Source of the DNA: Gammaproteobacteria bacterium
GTDB lineage: Bacteria; Pseudomonadota; Gammaproteobacteria; UBA4575
Direction of reading: 5' to 3'
Length of the DNA stretch: 64,000 bases
Assembly (NCBI GenBank): GCA_965243395.1
Contig: CBDEUS010000001.1
Span: 192,001 to 256,000 of the forward strand
Part shown: piece by piece, positions 60,731 to 64,000 of the stretch
Numbering within the stretch: the first letter of the stretch is position 1
How the letters are laid out: every line of letters begins with the position of its first letter
Position numbers and translations under genes: made by a program
The notes under the pieces: generated by a model
What the model saw: only the letters and a program-made list of their open reading frames with translations
The model's database searches: none
Told to the model about the DNA's origin: nothing

Positions 60731-61933
60731 TTAAGAGGCCATTGCAAGTTTTGGTTTCTTGCGATGATCTTTTTGGCCCGGGATATATTTAGCGATGCGA
60801 GGAACGGAATGAGCAAGCACGCAAATATCATTTATACCTCGTTGTTCTGCGGTAGTTTCGATGTTTTCAGTAATTAAGTCTGCAATATTTTGATTCGTTA
60901 TACAGCGTATCGTCGCGTATTCCTGATTTACATTTGCGTGTGCAAGTTCATAGTCGTCATCACCCATTGCAACAAAGCGTGAATAACTGACATTCACACC
61001 GGGTGCTCCTGAATCCAACATTAAGTCCATGAATTGTTGTGACTGATCACGATTGACTACAGATGAAAAACACACTTGATTGGTTTGAGTTGTTTTATTT
61101 TGTTCCAAAAATTTAAGCCCTGTGCCTTTGCCTTGTCCTCCTACATCAAAAACTGCTTGATCACGCCAATGCGTGTGACCGGTTAAATGATCAATAGCGT
61201 GAATAATTTGTTGGGTGTTTGCAGGATAGTGAGGATTAGCGATGCGGCTAGGTAAATTAAACATGCCTTTATCAATCGGTAAGCTATACATGAAGCCGCG
61301 TGCGGGCAAATGAAATTCTCCGGCTTTTGCCATTGCGGTAAAGATTCCTTCTACATCCGAATTGTCCGCAAGAACCATTAATACTTCTTGTTCACTATCT
61401 TTTGTAATACGTAGCCAACCGAGTCGATCACGAAGACCTTTACCTTCTGCATAATAGACTACAGGGCCGTGTGCACCGGCATTGATGGCTGCTTTAGCGA
61501 TGCGGTCACTTAAGCTATGACTCACGCTACAAAAAATTGCACTTAAATTTTCTGAAAGCTTATGAGAATCTTTTGTGGTGTTTAAAGCTTCAGTTGTTCG
61601 TAAATTATGAAAGTTAGAACCCACATAAGCACTTTCACAAGGTGTGCTAAAGACGGCGCCCGTTGCTTGTAAGTCTAATTTGCCTTCTTCAATAACAAGT
61701 CCAAGAACACGATCGACATCATGTACGGGAACAACCATTTGTAACATGGTTTTTGAAGGGCTAATAGGAGGCACCCACGACTTCCACCAGTGCTCGCGTA
61801 ATAAAGTACCGCGTGCTTTTGACACTAATACATCAGTGACTTCTCGAGATGTTAGTGTATTAACAACTGTATCTGCTGATTGGTTAGGCAATACAGCTGT
61901 GATGAGTGAGATTTCGTGCTTACTATTAAACAT
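60731..61933 (-). CDS. Multi-domain P-II-like protein
   Basis: Three P-II-like segments (ARGTL..., AKAAINAGAHG...GKGLRDRLG...EQEVL, LDSGAPG); adjacent to a DUF1538 gene. Confidence 0.6.
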   Translation of the reverse strand: MFNSKHEISLITAVLPNQSADTVVNTLTSREVTDVLVSKARGTLLREHWWKSWVPPISPSKTMLQMVVPVHDVDRVLGLVIEEGKLDLQATGAVFSTPCESAYVGSNFHNLRTTEALNTTKDSHKLSENLSAIFCSVSHSLSDRIAKAAINAGAHGPVVYYAEGKGLRDRLGWLRITKDSEQEVLMVLADNSDVEGIFTAMAKAGEFHLPARGFMYSLPIDKGMFNLPSRIANPHYPANTQQIIHAIDHLTGHTHWRDQAVFDVGGQGKGTGLKFLEQNKTTQTNQVCFSSVVNRDQSQQFMDLMLDSGAPGVNVSYSRFVAMGDDDYELAHANVNQEYATIRCITNQNIADLITENIETTAEQRGINDICVLAHSVPRIAKYIPGQKDHRKKPKLAMAS

Positions 61934-61935
61934 GA

Positions 61936-63879
61936 CTATGCGGGTCCTAATTGTGTAGAGTCGCTATCGATTTCGGTAGCAGGGTCCGGTAAATTTTCTT
62001 TCTGCGCTTTTTTCTCATTTCTTTGTGTGTATAGGCCTACAGTCAAAACCGTCATGATCGGGCCCACTGAAGCAAGGGCTAAAATACCAAAACCGTCACT
62101 TACACCGGGAATATTCGCACCCACACCAAGACCCATTGCTAATACGAGGGGTACCGTTATAGGGCCTGTTGTAACACCCGCGCTGTCCCATCCGAAATTA
62201 ACAAAGCTGTTTGGTGCGCGCCAAGTAAGAATCAATACAAGCAAATAAGGAGGCATCAACATCCAAATTAAAGGTAAGTTGTAGGCCATCTTTACAATGC
62301 CTGCACCGATGCCTAATCCCACGCCAATTGCCACAGCTTGCATTAACAATTTCTTACGGAACGCACCCACCGTAATTCGTTCCACGGTGTCACCTAATGC
62401 ATTGAGTGCGGGTTCGGCAAGTGTTGCACCATAACCGAGGAAAAACGCGAAACCTATGGCAACGAGTTTGCCTGCATGACCATCGCCAAATAATGGACCT
62501 TCAACATGATCAAACCCCCAAGGAACAATTTCTGCAAAGGCGAGTGGAATATTACTGCCTAGTTGCCCACCTAGTGGTGTAAGCCCAAGCGCGATACCCA
62601 AACCAAACAATGCCATGCCCACCAGCGCAAAGGTTACTCCTATGCCTACATCACTATCTTTATCTAAGCGTTGTTTGAGGATCAAACGTAAGACGAAATA
62701 TAAAAACAAACATAAGGGGATAATTGCACGAAGTGCTCCCATAAATGCTTCCCACATTTGTTCTGAAAGAGAAGTTTCTTTATCCCAGGTTTTATCACTG
62801 ATTAATTCAAAATTTCGGGTATATATTTTTTTAACAACGAGATTTGGATCAGTTACTACAATTTGTCCATCAACAAGCTCTGCTTTTCCACCCTTAAAAT
62901 CTAATTCATAGCCATTTGGTAAAGCACCCGTTTCTAAGTAAGTCGCAAATTCTTCATCCGTAATTGCTTCTAATTTAGGATCTAGTGCTTCAGCGCTGTC
63001 AGCAACTTCTGATTGGCTTTGAACAATTTCAGAGCCTTTATAATTTGAAGCACCATAGTAATCATTACTAGTGTAGTGGTATAAAGCGAGTAGCAGTACG
63101 GCCAGAATAGGGAATAGAGAGGCTAGTGTGACAATTCCAAATCCAGAATGACCGCTGCCCCCAGAACCACTACTCACAACTCGACAAACCCCAATTCCCA
63201 AAGCAAGTACAAGAGGAACGGTTACAGGACCTGTAGTTACCGCACCGCAGTCCCATGCTAAACCTAAAACATCGCGTAATTCTGGAACTTGACTAAAATA
63301 AAAAGACATTGCGAGCAATCCGAGTACTGCAGGGATAGCCAGAAATTTCAATGGCCATGCATAAAAAAATCGCAACACACCCAACATAACCGCAAGACCG
63401 ACGCCCACTCCAACACTTGTTACAAGTTGATTAGAAAAATCATTCAGTAGGCTGTATAACAATGGCGCTTCACTGGCTATTACACCACTTCCTGCAGCTT
63501 TTAGTACTGCGATGGCTGGTTCTGCAAATGTAGCACCCGCTCCAAGTAAGAATGCAAAGAGTAAAATAAGTGGCATTCCACTTTTACGTGGAAGCATACT
63601 TCCAATTATTTCGCCAAGCGGCATTAGACCTAACCGCAGGCCTTCCATGAAAAACATTAATCCGATTGCAACAATGAATATTCCAACTGCAATCATCGCT
63701 GCATATACGATTGGTAGTTGTAAAACGAGTAATTGGAAAATGATGAGATAAAAAACGATAAACCAAATGCCTTCAATTTGGCTTAAAAAATTCCGTTTTC
63801 CATATGGCCATAAAACTCGAAATGTGTCACGTAGACCCAAACGAAAACGAGGGTTATCCGGAAGCTGAGAGGATGCCAT
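61936..63879 (-). CDS. Tandem DUF1538 membrane protein
   Basis: Two repeats of AT(F/L)AEPA and WD(C/S)(G/A)(A/G)VTTGP(V/I)TVPLVLA(L/M)G. Confidence 0.88.
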   Translation of the reverse strand: MASSQLPDNPRFRLGLRDTFRVLWPYGKRNFLSQIEGIWFIVFYLIIFQLLVLQLPIVYAAMIAVGIFIVAIGLMFFMEGLRLGLMPLGEIIGSMLPRKSGMPLILLFAFLLGAGATFAEPAIAVLKAAGSGVIASEAPLLYSLLNDFSNQLVTSVGVGVGLAVMLGVLRFFYAWPLKFLAIPAVLGLLAMSFYFSQVPELRDVLGLAWDCGAVTTGPVTVPLVLALGIGVCRVVSSGSGGSGHSGFGIVTLASLFPILAVLLLALYHYTSNDYYGASNYKGSEIVQSQSEVADSAEALDPKLEAITDEEFATYLETGALPNGYELDFKGGKAELVDGQIVVTDPNLVVKKIYTRNFELISDKTWDKETSLSEQMWEAFMGALRAIIPLCLFLYFVLRLILKQRLDKDSDVGIGVTFALVGMALFGLGIALGLTPLGGQLGSNIPLAFAEIVPWGFDHVEGPLFGDGHAGKLVAIGFAFFLGYGATLAEPALNALGDTVERITVGAFRKKLLMQAVAIGVGLGIGAGIVKMAYNLPLIWMLMPPYLLVLILTWRAPNSFVNFGWDSAGVTTGPITVPLVLAMGLGVGANIPGVSDGFGILALASVGPIMTVLTVGLYTQRNEKKAQKENLPDPATEIDSDSTQLGPA

Positions 63880-64000
63880 TTTTTTATAAATTCGAATTAA
63901 GTTAATGAGTTGTATCGGCTGTAGCTGATATTCCTTAAATCAAACTCTGAAATTGCGCAAAATGGTTAATAATTAAATTGTTGAAATGAGCAAATAGAAG

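Overview
Gammaproteobacterial chromosomal window, AT-rich. About 1-40 kb is mostly housekeeping: slt, metY with a probable SAM-II riboswitch, rnd, mreBCD, gatCAB, prmC-prfA-hemA, TPR-lolB-ispE-tRNA-Gln, a ppsA/ppsR block, prs-rplY-pth-ychF and tRNA-Met. A ~20.5-kb integrative element sits in tRNA-Met(CAT), bounded by a perfect 45-bp direct repeat (40132-40176 / 60651-60695). Its right end is a phage-satellite-like backbone: tyrosine integrase, HTH excisionase-like protein, AAA helicase with iteron-like repeats and a TerS-like protein. Its cargo includes an Rhs toxin with nested carbohydrate-binding-like domains and an HExxH tip, an HNH protein, and an ArsR-rhodanese/DsrE module. The most unusual feature is at the left end (40294-44083): seven short, unrelated, co-oriented genes separated by a conserved bipartite 103/113-bp site. 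The site has two 30-bp imperfect palindromes with different invariant cores, a 43- or 53-bp linker and a fixed-position TCCAACC. It does not fit attC, dif or CRISPR, and is a candidate for an undescribed gene-cassette capture/shuffling system. All calls were made by eye; no database searches were run.
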